A stretch of 64,000 bases of DNA from Candidatus Latescibacterota bacterium (GCA_965242865.1 CBDETK010000013.1:2720001-2784000); one strand, 5' to 3'; positions 37,402 through 47,865 are shown, counted from the first letter of the stretch. Translations and numbers: made by a program. Notes: generated by a model not told the origin, from the sequence alone.

Positions 37402-38334
37402 ATGCGCTATTTCTTTATCGCCCTGTGCCTAACGGCCTGCTCGGCCGAACGCCAGCCGGGGGATTTCTTCGGCGCGGTGGATGAGGACAGCGCGTGGGTG
37501 GTAGATGGGGTGCTGCTCGTGGACCAACCCCTGCCGCCCGTATTCGTGCGGCGCGTCCTACCGGCAAGCCAGCTCTATCGCCAGACTGCGGCCGGGGTGG
37601 CCGACGCCCGGGTGCAGGTTACGCAAGGGGCCCAGGTCTTTGAGTACGCGGCCGACGAGGATTGGCCCGGCCGCTATGTGCCCCCGCCAGCGGCCGCGCA
37701 GGTGGAGGCTCAGACCGAGTACCGGCTGGAAGTGGAGGTGGAGGGAAAGAAGGTGCAGGCCCAGACCACCACGCCGGACCGAGTGCGGGTGCGGGAGATG
37801 GTGTTGGTAGATGAGGAGACGCTAGAGACCCTGCGTGCGCTCAAGACCTTTGCCGCGGCCGGGGACGAGGTGTACACTGCGCCGGAGAATCAGCTCGTTT
37901 ATCGCGAGGACTTGCTCGAAATCCGCCTAGAGACCGCGGCCGTGGACGCGTACCAACTGGGCATGTTCGCCCTAGAACCCAATTTGAAATCCCTTGACGA
38001 CGATATACTGGACTTCTTCGACGAGAACGACCCCGAGGTCCTGCGCGCCAACCCGTCGCCGCCCCTAAGCGTGAGCGACGGCATCGTGCGGATGCCATGG
38101 CTCGCCGTGCTCTTTGCCGGGCGCACCATGGTAAAGGTGTACGCGCTCGACCACAACTGGTTCGAGTATGCCCGCTCCAGTTCCGACCGGCAGGAGCAGG
38201 GGGGCTTTGCCGGGGGGCTGGCCGGCGAAAATTTCGAGCGACCCTTCTTTGAGGTTGAGGGCGGCATCGGCCTGTTTGGTTCGGCGTCGGTGGATTCGGT
38301 GGGGTTTTCCGTCGTGCCGCGGTCGGACCTATAA
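37402..38334 (+). CDS. DUF4249-like lipoprotein
   Basis: Lipobox LTAC; VVDG.L, A.V.V, Y.L.V, C-terminal VEGGIGLFGS; follows a TonB-dependent receptor. Confidence 0.75.
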   Translation: MRYFFIALCLTACSAERQPGDFFGAVDEDSAWVVDGVLLVDQPLPPVFVRRVLPASQLYRQTAAGVADARVQVTQGAQVFEYAADEDWPGRYVPPPAAAQVEAQTEYRLEVEVEGKKVQAQTTTPDRVRVREMVLVDEETLETLRALKTFAAAGDEVYTAPENQLVYREDLLEIRLETAAVDAYQLGMFALEPNLKSLDDDILDFFDENDPEVLRANPSPPLSVSDGIVRMPWLAVLFAGRTMVKVYALDHNWFEYARSSSDRQEQGGFAGGLAGENFERPFFEVEGGIGLFGSASVDSVGFSVVPRSDL

Positions 38335-38335
38335 A

Positions 38336-38851
38336 TCAAGCAGGGCCTTCTTCTTCGGCCTGCGGCTTCCTCCCCGCTAGATCCCGATCCATCAGAAAGA
38401 GGCCGTCGCGGCTTTCGATGATCAGCTCCATATCGCTGACGATGTTGCGGACGATGGCCTCCTCCTCCACCTGCTCGTTGACGAACCACTGCATAAAGGT
38501 ATGCGTTGCGTGGTCGCGCTCGGCCAGGGCCTCATCTACGACCGCATAGATTCTCTTGCTCAAAGCCTGCTCGCTTGCGAGGGCGTATTTGAAGGCGTCC
38601 AGCGGCGAGTCCCACTCGTTGCGCGGCACCGCTAGGGCCTGCAAGCACACGCGGCCATCGCGGTCGTTGATAAAGGCGTAGATCCGTTCCGCGTGCATCA
38701 GCTCCTCTTGGTACTGAATTTTCATCCAGTGAGCGAACCCGTTGAGCTCTAGATCTTCGAAATAGGCCGCCAGCGACAAGTACGCATAGGCCGAGGCAAA
38801 CTCGGAGTTGAGCTGATTGTTGAGGGCTTGTTGTATTTTTTCGCTAAGCAT
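38336..38851 (-). CDS. ftnA: Non-haem ferritin
   Basis: ALN.Q.N.E..SAY.Y, GFAHW...Q..EE..HA, DHAT..FMQWFV.EQVEEE. Confidence 0.93.
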   Translation of the reverse strand: MLSEKIQQALNNQLNSEFASAYAYLSLAAYFEDLELNGFAHWMKIQYQEELMHAERIYAFINDRDGRVCLQALAVPRNEWDSPLDAFKYALASEQALSKRIYAVVDEALAERDHATHTFMQWFVNEQVEEEAIVRNIVSDMELIIESRDGLFLMDRDLAGRKPQAEEEGPA

Positions 38852-38865
38852 GGTTTGGTCCTTTC

Positions 38866-41214
38866 TCAGCGGTTTTCGGCCGCTTGTTTAAGTGCTCGAC
38901 TGCGCTCGTAGAATTCGGCTAAGTCCATTTCCTTGAGGAAGACGAGCCCCCGGGTGGCGCGAATTAGGGGGCTGGGGTGTTCGTGGAACCACTTGTGCCC
39001 GAGGCAGGTTTTGATCTTCTGGTACTGACTGACCTGTACCTGTTGCGCCAGCTCGGAAAAGGGGCCGTCGTGCTCGTAGCTGGGGAACGAGGCGTCGCGC
39101 TGGGAGATAAAGGTATTCATAAAAGCACTGTGCATGACCGAGAACATATTGAGCGAAACCGGCACGAAGATATTGGCTTCGCTCGGATCAAAGCGATACC
39201 ACACGTTGCGGTAGCCCCAGACCTTGATACCCGAGCGTCCGCTTTGCCGCTCGTAGCGGCGGAGGGCTTCGGTGATCACTTGTAGCACCTTGTAGTGCGT
39301 GTCCGGCCCGCTGGCCTCTGGGTCTAGGGCTACGCCGACCACGTCGGGTTCTACTTGCTTGAGGAGCGCGAGGACGGGCGGCACATCGCCTTCGAGCGTT
39401 GGCTCTTGCGTGAAGATGTCGCCGGTGTAAAAGCCGAGGCTCAGGTGTTTGACGCTGGCGCAGTCCCAGCCAAAATACCCCCAAAGACATTCGGCTTCCC
39501 ACTCGCGGCATTTGCCTTTGAGCATCTGGACCTCGGGCGCATCCTTTTGCCCCGGATAGCGGCTGGCAAAGTAAGCCTCCAGCTCCGCCAACCGGGCCTC
39601 AATGCCCGCGAGGTCCTCAACTCCGTACAGCGCGACGAGGTTCCGCAAAAAGCGCCGGGCCGCCCCCTCGTCGCACAAGAGCGGGTCGGCCGCGGCAATC
39701 CCGTCGAGGTACTGCCAAACATCGCGGTTGCGGCCGTTTTCGCAACGGGGATCAAAGTAGCCCTGCGCCCACAACGCAACGCACTCTGCGGTGGACAAAA
39801 AGTGCCGCAGCCGTTGCAAGTGATCCTCGATAAAGCGGTTGGTCACCGCCGTAAAACCGCCCGTAAAGCAGGCGAAGTAATGCACATTGGTCGCGTCGCG
39901 CACGTGGCGGACGATATAGGACAGGTAGCCCAGCATTAGGTCGTCGTGGTGCGGCTCGGTGTGCAGGAAGCGCGTAGCGGAAAGGGTCTGGGTGCCCCGC
40001 TCGATTTTGCCGACCAAGCGGTCGCGCACCATCCGCGTCAAGGCGTCAACCTGTTGGGGGCGTCGCTGCAAAAGCACCGCGCCCAACGCATCCCGCGCCA
40101 AGTCCTCCTCCGTCAGATCGACGACCTTTTTGCCCAAGCTACAGGCTAAGTCGATGACGATCTGCTCCACCATCTCGTCGTCCATGGCGGCCCGCTGCTG
40201 CCCGAGCACGAGCCGCCTCGCCCTGAGCGCCTTGGCCGCTCCCCGGGTGACGTAAAACCGCGCCATGGGCAGGCGGTGCAGCGCCGTGGCCGGGTAGCGC
40301 ACGTCGGGTGCTTGCTCAACCGCCGCGGCGACAATACCGGCCTTGGTCTCGCCCGCGGCAATGATCAGGGCACAGCAATCGGCATTGCCAACGATCGTGC
40401 CGAGGCCGATGGTGATGACCAGCCGCTGGCGCGCCACCTCAATGCCGCCCAAGTCGCTGGCGGCCGCGGCCTGCGTTTCGTAGTTGGTCGCCGTCAGCCG
40501 AGTCGTCGAAAAATGGTCTGAGCCGCGCACGTTAAAGCCGATGTGCCCGTCCGGGCCGATGCCGCCCAAGAAAAAGCCAATGCCCCCGAGGGCGCGGATT
40601 TGCTCCTCGTACTCTTGGCACCACTGGTCGATCCGGCGCAATGCGTCCTGCTGCACGCGCTCGAGCGAGGTGCGGGCGGCCCGATAGCGCAGCGAGAGAT
40701 CCACGGTGCCGTCGGGCCACACCTCGTCTAAGGTTTGGCCGGCTTGCAGGCCGATCGCGGCGCAGTTGATTCGCCGGGCCTTGGCCGGGTCCAAGCCAAA
40801 ACCATCGATGTAAAAGCGGTTTACATAAGCGTAGAAGCTGTTGTCCTGCCGAGGGTCAATCGGGTAAAATTCGTCAATTTGCACGAAGTGCAGGCTGCGC
40901 AGGTCCGGCTTGCGCAGGGGGTCAATGCCGGCCTCTTCGAGCTGGCAGCGGACCTCGGCCGAGTCCCAATGCCTCAGCAGCCGCTCGACCCAGCGGATAA
41001 AGTGCTCGGGGGTTTTGCCCGTCGGCAGCGAGACTACGCCGCCGGGGTGGTCTTGGGCCCATTCGATAAAGCGCATCGCCGCTAGCTTGCCGAGGGCCGG
41101 GAAGTGCTCGACCACAATGGTTTTGATGCGTTCGGTCGGGGGGTAGTGTGCCGCAAAAGGCGAGGCCGCGACGGCCCTGCGCTCGACCGCAGTCAGCGCT
41201 CCGGTATCGGTCAT
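38866..41214 (-). CDS. nagB: Glucosamine-6-phosphate deaminase fused to a PIG-L/LmbE deacetylase-like domain
   Basis: SLPTGKTP, QIDEFY, GGIGPDGHIGFN in the N-terminal half; EPHHDD, DPEASGPDTH in the C-terminal half. Confidence 0.85.
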   Translation of the reverse strand: MTDTGALTAVERRAVAASPFAAHYPPTERIKTIVVEHFPALGKLAAMRFIEWAQDHPGGVVSLPTGKTPEHFIRWVERLLRHWDSAEVRCQLEEAGIDPLRKPDLRSLHFVQIDEFYPIDPRQDNSFYAYVNRFYIDGFGLDPAKARRINCAAIGLQAGQTLDEVWPDGTVDLSLRYRAARTSLERVQQDALRRIDQWCQEYEEQIRALGGIGFFLGGIGPDGHIGFNVRGSDHFSTTRLTATNYETQAAAASDLGGIEVARQRLVITIGLGTIVGNADCCALIIAAGETKAGIVAAAVEQAPDVRYPATALHRLPMARFYVTRGAAKALRARRLVLGQQRAAMDDEMVEQIVIDLACSLGKKVVDLTEEDLARDALGAVLLQRRPQQVDALTRMVRDRLVGKIERGTQTLSATRFLHTEPHHDDLMLGYLSYIVRHVRDATNVHYFACFTGGFTAVTNRFIEDHLQRLRHFLSTAECVALWAQGYFDPRCENGRNRDVWQYLDGIAAADPLLCDEGAARRFLRNLVALYGVEDLAGIEARLAELEAYFASRYPGQKDAPEVQMLKGKCREWEAECLWGYFGWDCASVKHLSLGFYTGDIFTQEPTLEGDVPPVLALLKQVEPDVVGVALDPEASGPDTHYKVLQVITEALRRYERQSGRSGIKVWGYRNVWYRFDPSEANIFVPVSLNMFSVMHSAFMNTFISQRDASFPSYEHDGPFSELAQQVQVSQYQKIKTCLGHKWFHEHPSPLIRATRGLVFLKEMDLAEFYERSRALKQAAENR

Positions 41215-41266
41215 TGCTTCGCTCCTTCGGCGCGGCCGCGCCTCCAACCTGTGAACGTGAGAAAAC

Positions 41267-42982
41267 CTACCACAACACCACAAAAAGCAGTACGCTGGCC
41301 ACGGCCAAATAGACCCCGATCCACACCCCCGGCCGCAAATACCACTTAGGACCATCCGCGCCGACCGCAAACGGATACTCCGGCCGGATGGGTGCTTCCA
41401 GCAGGGTTTTCTGCAACCAAGTGCAAGAGCCTTCCAGTTCCGCGATCCGCCGGGCCATTAGCGGGCGCAGTGCGGCCGGATCCTCGTGGCGGACGTAAAT
41501 CAGCCCGCGCAGCTCTTCGTCGCGCACGGGACCGCGCCGCCAGTCGATCAGCTTGGAAGCGATGAGCATGCTCGCCGCTGGCAGCACCAAGTTCCACAGG
41601 TAAGTCCACCACGTGTTCTGATACCACACCGGCAGGGGCCACTCGTAGAAGTCGGCCAAGAGCGCCGACAGCCCGTAGCCAAGCCCCACCAGCAAGCCGA
41701 CGATCCCGGTCTCGCGATGTACGCGCGTGAAAACCCCCATCAGAATGACCGTCATCAGGGGCACAGCAATGGCCCCAGCCAGCCGCAGGTAGAACAGCAG
41801 CATCCCCTTCTCGCCCAAAAAGGGCACATAGACAAAGCCCATCGCCAGAATAATTGGCACCAAGATCCGGCCTACCTTGGTGTAGTGGGCGTCCGTGGCG
41901 TCCTTGACCATGGTGCGCGCGTACACATTGCGGACAAAGAGCGAGGAAATGCCAATGCTAATGGAGTCAAAGGTCGAGTACCCAGCCGCCACCAGCCCGG
42001 CGACCACCAGCCCGACCAACCCGGCGGGCAGGTACTCTTTGATCATCAGTGGATAGGCTTGATCGACGATTTCCAAGCCGGGAAACTGCGCCCGCGCCAT
42101 CGGCCCCAAGCTGACGTTGAAAAACAGGCATATCGCCGTGGCGATGCTGGCCACCAGCGCGGCCATTTTGAAGTCCCACTCCGAGCGCGCGCCGAGGAAG
42201 CGGAGCGCCTCGTACTGGTTGACGACCGCGTACGTGGTCAACACCACTAAAAAGCCGAATATCACGATGAGAGGCGGCACCCCAGGGGGCGAATACCCCC
42301 CCACATGCAGCAGCGTATCCGCCAGCCCTTCTTCCACGGCCTCCAGCCGCGCCGTCACCCCTTCCCAGCCGCCCAGTCCCGAATAGACGAATCCCCAGAG
42401 TACAAAAGAGGCCACGAGCATTGCCGCGCTTTGCAACGCGTCGGTCAGCACCCCAGCGCGCAAGCCGCCGCGCACGATGTAGAGCGCCGAGCTGAGTGCC
42501 GCGCCCACCACCACCACCCAGCAAGTCGTCTCCTCGATTCCAGCGACGACGTTGAGGACTAAGAACATGGAAAAGAAGATGTTGCCCAGCACGTTGGTGC
42601 GCGATTGGACGTTGATCAAGACCGCTAGCAGGCGGGTCGCTGGCCCAAAGCGGAACTCCAGCCACTCGGCGTTGGTGAAAACCCCAGAGCGGTACATCGG
42701 CACGATGACGAAGAAGCTGAGTACGGTCCAGCCCACGGCAATGCCCAACCACCACTGCGCCAGTTGCGACAGCCCCAACTGATACGACCCGCCGACAATG
42801 CCGACGTAATCGCCGCTATCGACGGCCGTGCCAAACGCCGACAGCCCGATCACCCACCAAGGCATGGATTTGGCCGCGAGATACCAGTCAAAACTCTCCC
42901 CCTTGTTGCGGAAGGCAATCAGGCTGTAGGCGACGATGCCGCCGTTGAGGACCAGGACGACGGCCCAGTCTAAAGGGGTCAT
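41267..42982 (-). CDS. Sodium:solute symporter
   Basis: Y.LA.KSMPWW.IGLS, EWLE.RFG, GGLRA.V.TD.LQ, GLVGL..AGL.AA..ST.DS. Confidence 0.9.
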   Translation of the reverse strand: MTPLDWAVVLVLNGGIVAYSLIAFRNKGESFDWYLAAKSMPWWVIGLSAFGTAVDSGDYVGIVGGSYQLGLSQLAQWWLGIAVGWTVLSFFVIVPMYRSGVFTNAEWLEFRFGPATRLLAVLINVQSRTNVLGNIFFSMFLVLNVVAGIEETTCWVVVVGAALSSALYIVRGGLRAGVLTDALQSAAMLVASFVLWGFVYSGLGGWEGVTARLEAVEEGLADTLLHVGGYSPPGVPPLIVIFGFLVVLTTYAVVNQYEALRFLGARSEWDFKMAALVASIATAICLFFNVSLGPMARAQFPGLEIVDQAYPLMIKEYLPAGLVGLVVAGLVAAGYSTFDSISIGISSLFVRNVYARTMVKDATDAHYTKVGRILVPIILAMGFVYVPFLGEKGMLLFYLRLAGAIAVPLMTVILMGVFTRVHRETGIVGLLVGLGYGLSALLADFYEWPLPVWYQNTWWTYLWNLVLPAASMLIASKLIDWRRGPVRDEELRGLIYVRHEDPAALRPLMARRIAELEGSCTWLQKTLLEAPIRPEYPFAVGADGPKWYLRPGVWIGVYLAVASVLLFVVLW

Positions 42983-42986
42983 CGCA

Positions 42987-44024
42987 TCACGGAGCCGGCA
43001 GGTGGTAGCCGTCCTTGCCGACCTTTATCTTGGCCAAGATGCCCGGATTGTCGGGCGGGTCGCCCCCTCCGTAAGTGACGTAAAGCGTCTTGCTCTCCGC
43101 GCCGCGGCCAAACGCCACATTGGTCGGGACTTCGGGCGTGGGGATATAGGCCCGTTCGTCGCCCTGCGGCGAATACACGACAATGCCCGGGCGCGTCACA
43201 TCCCGCACCGCCACGTACAGATTGCCATCGATGTCGGCTACTAAGCCGTCCGGCCCGTCTTCGGGATAGTAATCGACCAGCACTTCGCGGAAGGTGGCCG
43301 TGCCATCGGCATGCAGGTCGTACGCCAACAGAGCCATGCGGCCCTTGTGCGCGGGAGTGCCTTCCAAGCGGAAGATCCCGGTATTGCCGTTGTCGTTGCT
43401 CACCACGTAGAGCGACTGTTGGTCCGGGGACACGCAAACGCCGTTGGGCTTGCCGGCGTCCGTGATGATCCGCTCGATGGTGCCGTCTGGGTCAATCCGG
43501 TACACCGCCATCACCGGCTGGTCGAGCGGCTCGTGCCCGAGGTAGCGCGGGTCGCTGAAGTAGATGCGGCCCTTTTCGTCGATGGAAATGTCGTTGGGAG
43601 CGTTAAAGGGCCGGCCCTCGTACAGCCCAGCGATGATCTCGGCCTTTCCGGTGGCCAAGTCAGTGCGCGTCACGCGCTGCCCCCCAAAGTCGGCACCCTC
43701 AGCGGCGATGAGCCGCCCCAGCGCGTCGAACTTGAGTCCGTTGGACATGCCGCTGGGCGAGCGGTAGATGGCGGTCTGGCCGGTCTGGGGATCGTAGCGC
43801 CAGATGTGCCCGGCCTGCATCCCCGAATCCTGAGAAAAGGTAATGTCGCTGAAGTAAACCGAGCCGTCTAGGGCCACGGCCGGCCCCTCGGAAAAGAAGG
43901 CGCCGTCGAAGAGCACTTCGAGTTCGGCCCCTGCGGGTATAATCGACGGATCGCCCGTCGGCTCTTGGGCGAAGGCCGTGCTGGCCACTAGAGCCAGCAC
44001 CATTGTGACGAGACGTTGCAGCAT
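42987..44024 (-). CDS. SMP-30/gluconolactonase family protein (secreted)
   Basis: SEGP, YFSDI, SNGL, FNAPND, KPNG, GPDG, PTNVAFG; signal peptide. Confidence 0.92.
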   Translation of the reverse strand: MLQRLVTMVLALVASTAFAQEPTGDPSIIPAGAELEVLFDGAFFSEGPAVALDGSVYFSDITFSQDSGMQAGHIWRYDPQTGQTAIYRSPSGMSNGLKFDALGRLIAAEGADFGGQRVTRTDLATGKAEIIAGLYEGRPFNAPNDISIDEKGRIYFSDPRYLGHEPLDQPVMAVYRIDPDGTIERIITDAGKPNGVCVSPDQQSLYVVSNDNGNTGIFRLEGTPAHKGRMALLAYDLHADGTATFREVLVDYYPEDGPDGLVADIDGNLYVAVRDVTRPGIVVYSPQGDERAYIPTPEVPTNVAFGRGAESKTLYVTYGGGDPPDNPGILAKIKVGKDGYHLPAP

Positions 44025-44045
44025 GGTAGCTCTCCTTGGAAGTGG

Positions 44046-45578
44046 TTATTGGCCGCCAACCACGGCGTCGTACAGCCGCCGGACGCCTTGGAGATGCCCC
44101 GCCAAGACCGCCTCCAGCGGCTCGTCTAGTTCCATCAATTCGGCTAGAGTCTGGCGGGTGTCGGCCTCTTCGGGCACCGCATACACCGGCTGGGCCTCCT
44201 GAATTTGCAGCAAGTTTTCTAGCTGCCGCAAAAAGCGGTAGGCATCCGTTAGGGTGTGGGCGTCCTCTGCCGCGAGCAGGCCGGCCCGGCGCAAGCGCTC
44301 AAGCGCCATCAGGGTATTGTGGGCGCGGATTTGGGGATGGATATGGCCGTTGAGTAGCTGCAGGCACTGGACGATGAACTCGATGTCGCGGATGCCCCCG
44401 GGTTGTAGCTTGATGTTGTTTTCGCCGGCCCTAATCGCTATTTCGTCTTCGATGCGTTGCTTGACGCGGGCAATCTCTTGGCGCGGGTCCTCTGCGAAAT
44501 GGCTCGGAAAGACAAAAGGGGCCAGCATTTGGCGAAACTGTCGCCATATTTGGGTGGAGCCCGCGGCGCGCCGGGCCTTAATCAACATCTGGCGCTCCCA
44601 CAGCTCGCCCCGCTCCTCGTAGTAACTCAAGTAGCTGGCCAAGGGTTGCACTAAGGCCCCGTCGATGCCGTCGGGCCGCAGCCGCATGTCAACGCGATAA
44701 AAAAATCCCTCCTCGGTCATCGCGGTCAATAGCTGGATGAGCCGCTCGCCCAAGCGCCGGAAAAACTGGCCGTTATCAACGGAATAGCCATCGTGCGGCG
44801 CGCGCGTTTCGCCTTCTTCGTCGTAGATGAACAATAAATCGATATCCGAGCTGTAGTTGAGTTCTTGGCCGCCGTATTTGCCCAAGCCCACCACGCAAAA
44901 CTTGGCCGGCCGGCCGTGCTTGCCCAGCGGCCGCCCCCAGCGCTCCAGCAGCTCTTCCCAAGCCCATGTTAGGGCCTGATCTACGATCCCGTCGGCCAAG
45001 TCGGCCAGCTCGCGGCCGACCTGCCGCACATCTTTCACGCCCAGCACTTGGGCCGCGCCCAACCGCAGCAGTTCGCGCTGCTGGAATCGGTACAAGTCCG
45101 TTAGGGGATCGTCGCTGTCCGTCTCTTGGATTAGGGTGCGGCGCAGGGCGGACAGGGCCAGCGGCTGGCTCAGGTAGGGCGTCTCGTCGAGCAGCCAATA
45201 GAGGTGTGCCGGGGAGCGCATCAGTACGTCGGTCAAAAAGCCGCTGTACCCCAAGACTTGAGCCAACTGCTGCCCCAAGGCGGGGACGTCGTTGGTCCGG
45301 TGATGTAAGGCCGTTATCCCGCCCGTTCGCTCCAAGAATCGCTCCAGCCGCCGCAGGGCTTGGTCGGGCTGGACGGACCGGCTCACCGCCGCCAGCAGCG
45401 ACACCGGCGGATCTAAGGCATGGACTGGGCCGGCCAGATCGACCAACAGGTCCAGCCGCCGCAGGGCTTGATAGGGCTGATCAAAGCCCAGTTGGGCTAG
45501 GGTATGGCACGCTGGCCCGCTCGTTTCTTCAAAGACCCGGTGGGCTAGGCGTAGCGTATCTTGGAGCGCAGACATCAA
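44046..45578 (-). CDS. GlnE-like nucleotidyltransferase with only one catalytic domain
   Basis: GLGKYGGQELNYSSDIDL, YRVDMRLRPDG, WERQMLIKAR, NIKL.PGGIRDIEF; 510 aa, about half the length of a canonical GlnE. Confidence 0.85.
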   Translation of the reverse strand: MMSALQDTLRLAHRVFEETSGPACHTLAQLGFDQPYQALRRLDLLVDLAGPVHALDPPVSLLAAVSRSVQPDQALRRLERFLERTGGITALHHRTNDVPALGQQLAQVLGYSGFLTDVLMRSPAHLYWLLDETPYLSQPLALSALRRTLIQETDSDDPLTDLYRFQQRELLRLGAAQVLGVKDVRQVGRELADLADGIVDQALTWAWEELLERWGRPLGKHGRPAKFCVVGLGKYGGQELNYSSDIDLLFIYDEEGETRAPHDGYSVDNGQFFRRLGERLIQLLTAMTEEGFFYRVDMRLRPDGIDGALVQPLASYLSYYEERGELWERQMLIKARRAAGSTQIWRQFRQMLAPFVFPSHFAEDPRQEIARVKQRIEDEIAIRAGENNIKLQPGGIRDIEFIVQCLQLLNGHIHPQIRAHNTLMALERLRRAGLLAAEDAHTLTDAYRFLRQLENLLQIQEAQPVYAVPEEADTRQTLAELMELDEPLEAVLAGHLQGVRRLYDAVVGGQ

Positions 45579-45594
45579 AAACCTCCTTTAATGG

Positions 45595-46794
45595 TTACGT
45601 GCTGGGCGGCCACGGGTCTAGGCAAGCTCCGGTTGGGCGCGGCCCGGTGGGGCGCCATCTGAACGCATCGTAGGACTGGTATTCCACGGCCAACTGCGGC
45701 GTCTTCAGCCGCTTGTGGCCCTCATAGCGCGACGTCAGCGCCGCTTCGAGAATGCCGCTGGTCAGCAGGGTGCGCTCGACCGGATACTGGGCCTCGCCGC
45801 TCAGGAACATCTCTTCGACGTTGAGCGACAGATAGCTAAAATGGGCATGCGCCCCTTCCGGCCCGCCGTGCCCTTGAGCGTAGAACTCGCAGGCTTGAAC
45901 CTGTCCGCCGACCCGCGCCGCGTACGCCAAGTCGTGGACGTAGCCGTTGAGCAGCAACGCGGCCCCCCGCAGCCCGTCGCTGTATTCCACCACAAAAAGC
46001 GCGGGATTTTGGCAGTGTTCCTCCATCGTCCCCTCGGGCTTGTCGGCAATCGTCGCGCAGGCGGCCTCTGCCAGGTCCCGCGACCACAATCCCGCCTCGG
46101 CGGCCCGCCACACGGCCTCTCCCTCCAAACAGGTCACCGCGGCCACACCCGTCTCGCCGCCTCGCCGCCGCTCAACCATGCACTGGAGCACTTCAAGGGT
46201 GTGGAACCCGTAGATATCTAGCCCGGAAAACCCAATCGCCACGGCCTCCTCCACAGGGGTTTCCAACTCGTGCTCAACCCAAGGCTGCCGCCAACACACC
46301 GGCAGCGAAGACCCGCCCATAAACGCCGCCCCCACTGCCTGCGCCCGTTGGTACATCCACAGCGCATCGGCCCAGCTGTAGGACAAGTGCTTGTCGTTGA
46401 ACACCGGCACTCCCCGCTTCGACGTCGCCATCACCCCGCAGATTTGCTCCATAAAGTAGCGGCGCGGATAGAGCTGCTGCTCCTTCTCGTTCCAAGCGTA
46501 GTCGCCGTGCTCGCCAATGGACAGCACCCCATCCACCGCTAGCTCTCGCCCGCCCAAACACAGGGCCGCCGCAATGCTGTTAAAAATCGGCACCCCGTGT
46601 TCTTGGGCCATCGCCCGCCCGATGTCGTTTTCGGGGAATTGGTCGATGTACATAGACGCGATCGCAACCCTCGGCGCGAACAAGCCCTGGTCCGTGGGAA
46701 ATCCCTTGAGGAATTTGGAGACGATCACGTCGGCGTGCGATCGGGGGCGGTATTCCGTGATGATCGCCGCGATTTTCTTTTGGTCTGTCTTCAT
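45595..46794 (-). CDS. Conserved protein with a probable degenerate Gfo/Idh/MocA-like fold
   Basis: Clean 399-aa ORF within an operon; VDGVL.IGEHG.Y, PVFNDKHL, GGSSLP, YGFH.LE. Confidence 0.6.
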   Translation of the reverse strand: MKTDQKKIAAIITEYRPRSHADVIVSKFLKGFPTDQGLFAPRVAIASMYIDQFPENDIGRAMAQEHGVPIFNSIAAALCLGGRELAVDGVLSIGEHGDYAWNEKEQQLYPRRYFMEQICGVMATSKRGVPVFNDKHLSYSWADALWMYQRAQAVGAAFMGGSSLPVCWRQPWVEHELETPVEEAVAIGFSGLDIYGFHTLEVLQCMVERRRGGETGVAAVTCLEGEAVWRAAEAGLWSRDLAEAACATIADKPEGTMEEHCQNPALFVVEYSDGLRGAALLLNGYVHDLAYAARVGGQVQACEFYAQGHGGPEGAHAHFSYLSLNVEEMFLSGEAQYPVERTLLTSGILEAALTSRYEGHKRLKTPQLAVEYQSYDAFRWRPTGPRPTGACLDPWPPST

Positions 46795-46798
46795 TCCG

Positions 46799-47761
46799 CT
46801 ACTTGGTCGCGGCCAACGCGGCCAACAACGCCTTGATGTACCCCACCGAATAAGCCAACCCCCGCGTCAAGGCCCCTTCGTCCCCTTCTAGCGCTGGAAT
46901 GTGGTCGGGATTGATGCACCCGTCGAAACCCACCCGCTCCAGTTCCAGTAGAATTTTGGCCATGTTCATGTCGCCGTCGTCGAGCAGGGTCTCCTCAAAT
47001 CCTCCGGCCGTGGCCAAGCTCCCGCGCACATTGCGCAAATGCACCATGAAGATCCGGCCCTTGCGCCCGTAGTTGTGAACCTCGTCGAGCACTAAGGGCA
47101 GGCCCCCAGCCTCGGCGCGGGTGCCGCAGCAGTAGAGATACCCAACTTGGCGGCTGGGAAAGGCGTCGATGACCTTGTGAAAGCCCAAGCCGCCCAGCGG
47201 CGTATCCGGCAGCGGCGAGTCCGAAGGATGGATCGCCAGCTTGATGTCGCGCTCTTCGGCAATGGGCACCAACCGCTCGTACACCGTGCAAAAGCGCGTC
47301 CACCATCTGTCGAGTGCCTCGGGCGAGGGCGGCCCTTGATCGCTTTCGGCCAAGCCGCGGCTCTCGGCCCGGTAGTGGTAGCCACCGCGGCGCGGCGAGT
47401 TCCAGCGGTGGAGCATCCAAGGGAATACGTCGCCGTGAAACCGCTGCCGTGCAATAGGCACCCCGGCCTCGGCAAAAACCGCCAACGCCGCGGCCGCGTT
47501 TTCCAGTTCCTGCTCGCCCTTGTCCTGCCCGGACATGAACGTTTCGGTTATATCCGGTAGGGTCACGCGGTTGATGTCTAGGCCCCAAGAGCGGATTTTT
47601 TTTCTTATCTTTAGCACGGCGTCCAAGTCGGGATAGCCCTGCTCTTTGACCCCGGGGAAGTAGTCGCCCGAGCCAAAGTCCAAACAATCGACCCCGAGCT
47701 GGGTGACGTAGCGCAGGTATGACTCCGACAAATCGCCGTGCCAAACGGATATTTTTAACAT
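46799..47761 (-). CDS. Mannonate dehydratase (UxuA)-like protein
   Basis: L.PIAEE.DIKLAIHP.D.P, CCGT, VHLRNV, F.ET..DDGDM.M, PDHIP; AGGAGG RBS. Confidence 0.8.
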   Translation of the reverse strand: MLKISVWHGDLSESYLRYVTQLGVDCLDFGSGDYFPGVKEQGYPDLDAVLKIRKKIRSWGLDINRVTLPDITETFMSGQDKGEQELENAAAALAVFAEAGVPIARQRFHGDVFPWMLHRWNSPRRGGYHYRAESRGLAESDQGPPSPEALDRWWTRFCTVYERLVPIAEERDIKLAIHPSDSPLPDTPLGGLGFHKVIDAFPSRQVGYLYCCGTRAEAGGLPLVLDEVHNYGRKGRIFMVHLRNVRGSLATAGGFEETLLDDGDMNMAKILLELERVGFDGCINPDHIPALEGDEGALTRGLAYSVGYIKALLAALAATK

Positions 47762-47865
47762 CGCTCGCCTCCTTTTGCGGGCACAAAATAGCCAAGTCCC
47801 CCCAATCCAACAAGCAGCACCGCCGCACCGCCGCACCGCCGCGCTTGCCCATAGGACCATAGAAC

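Noticed and set aside
38866-41214. NagB-PIG-L fusion as a novelty
   Set aside because: This long NagB architecture is already known in other bacteria.
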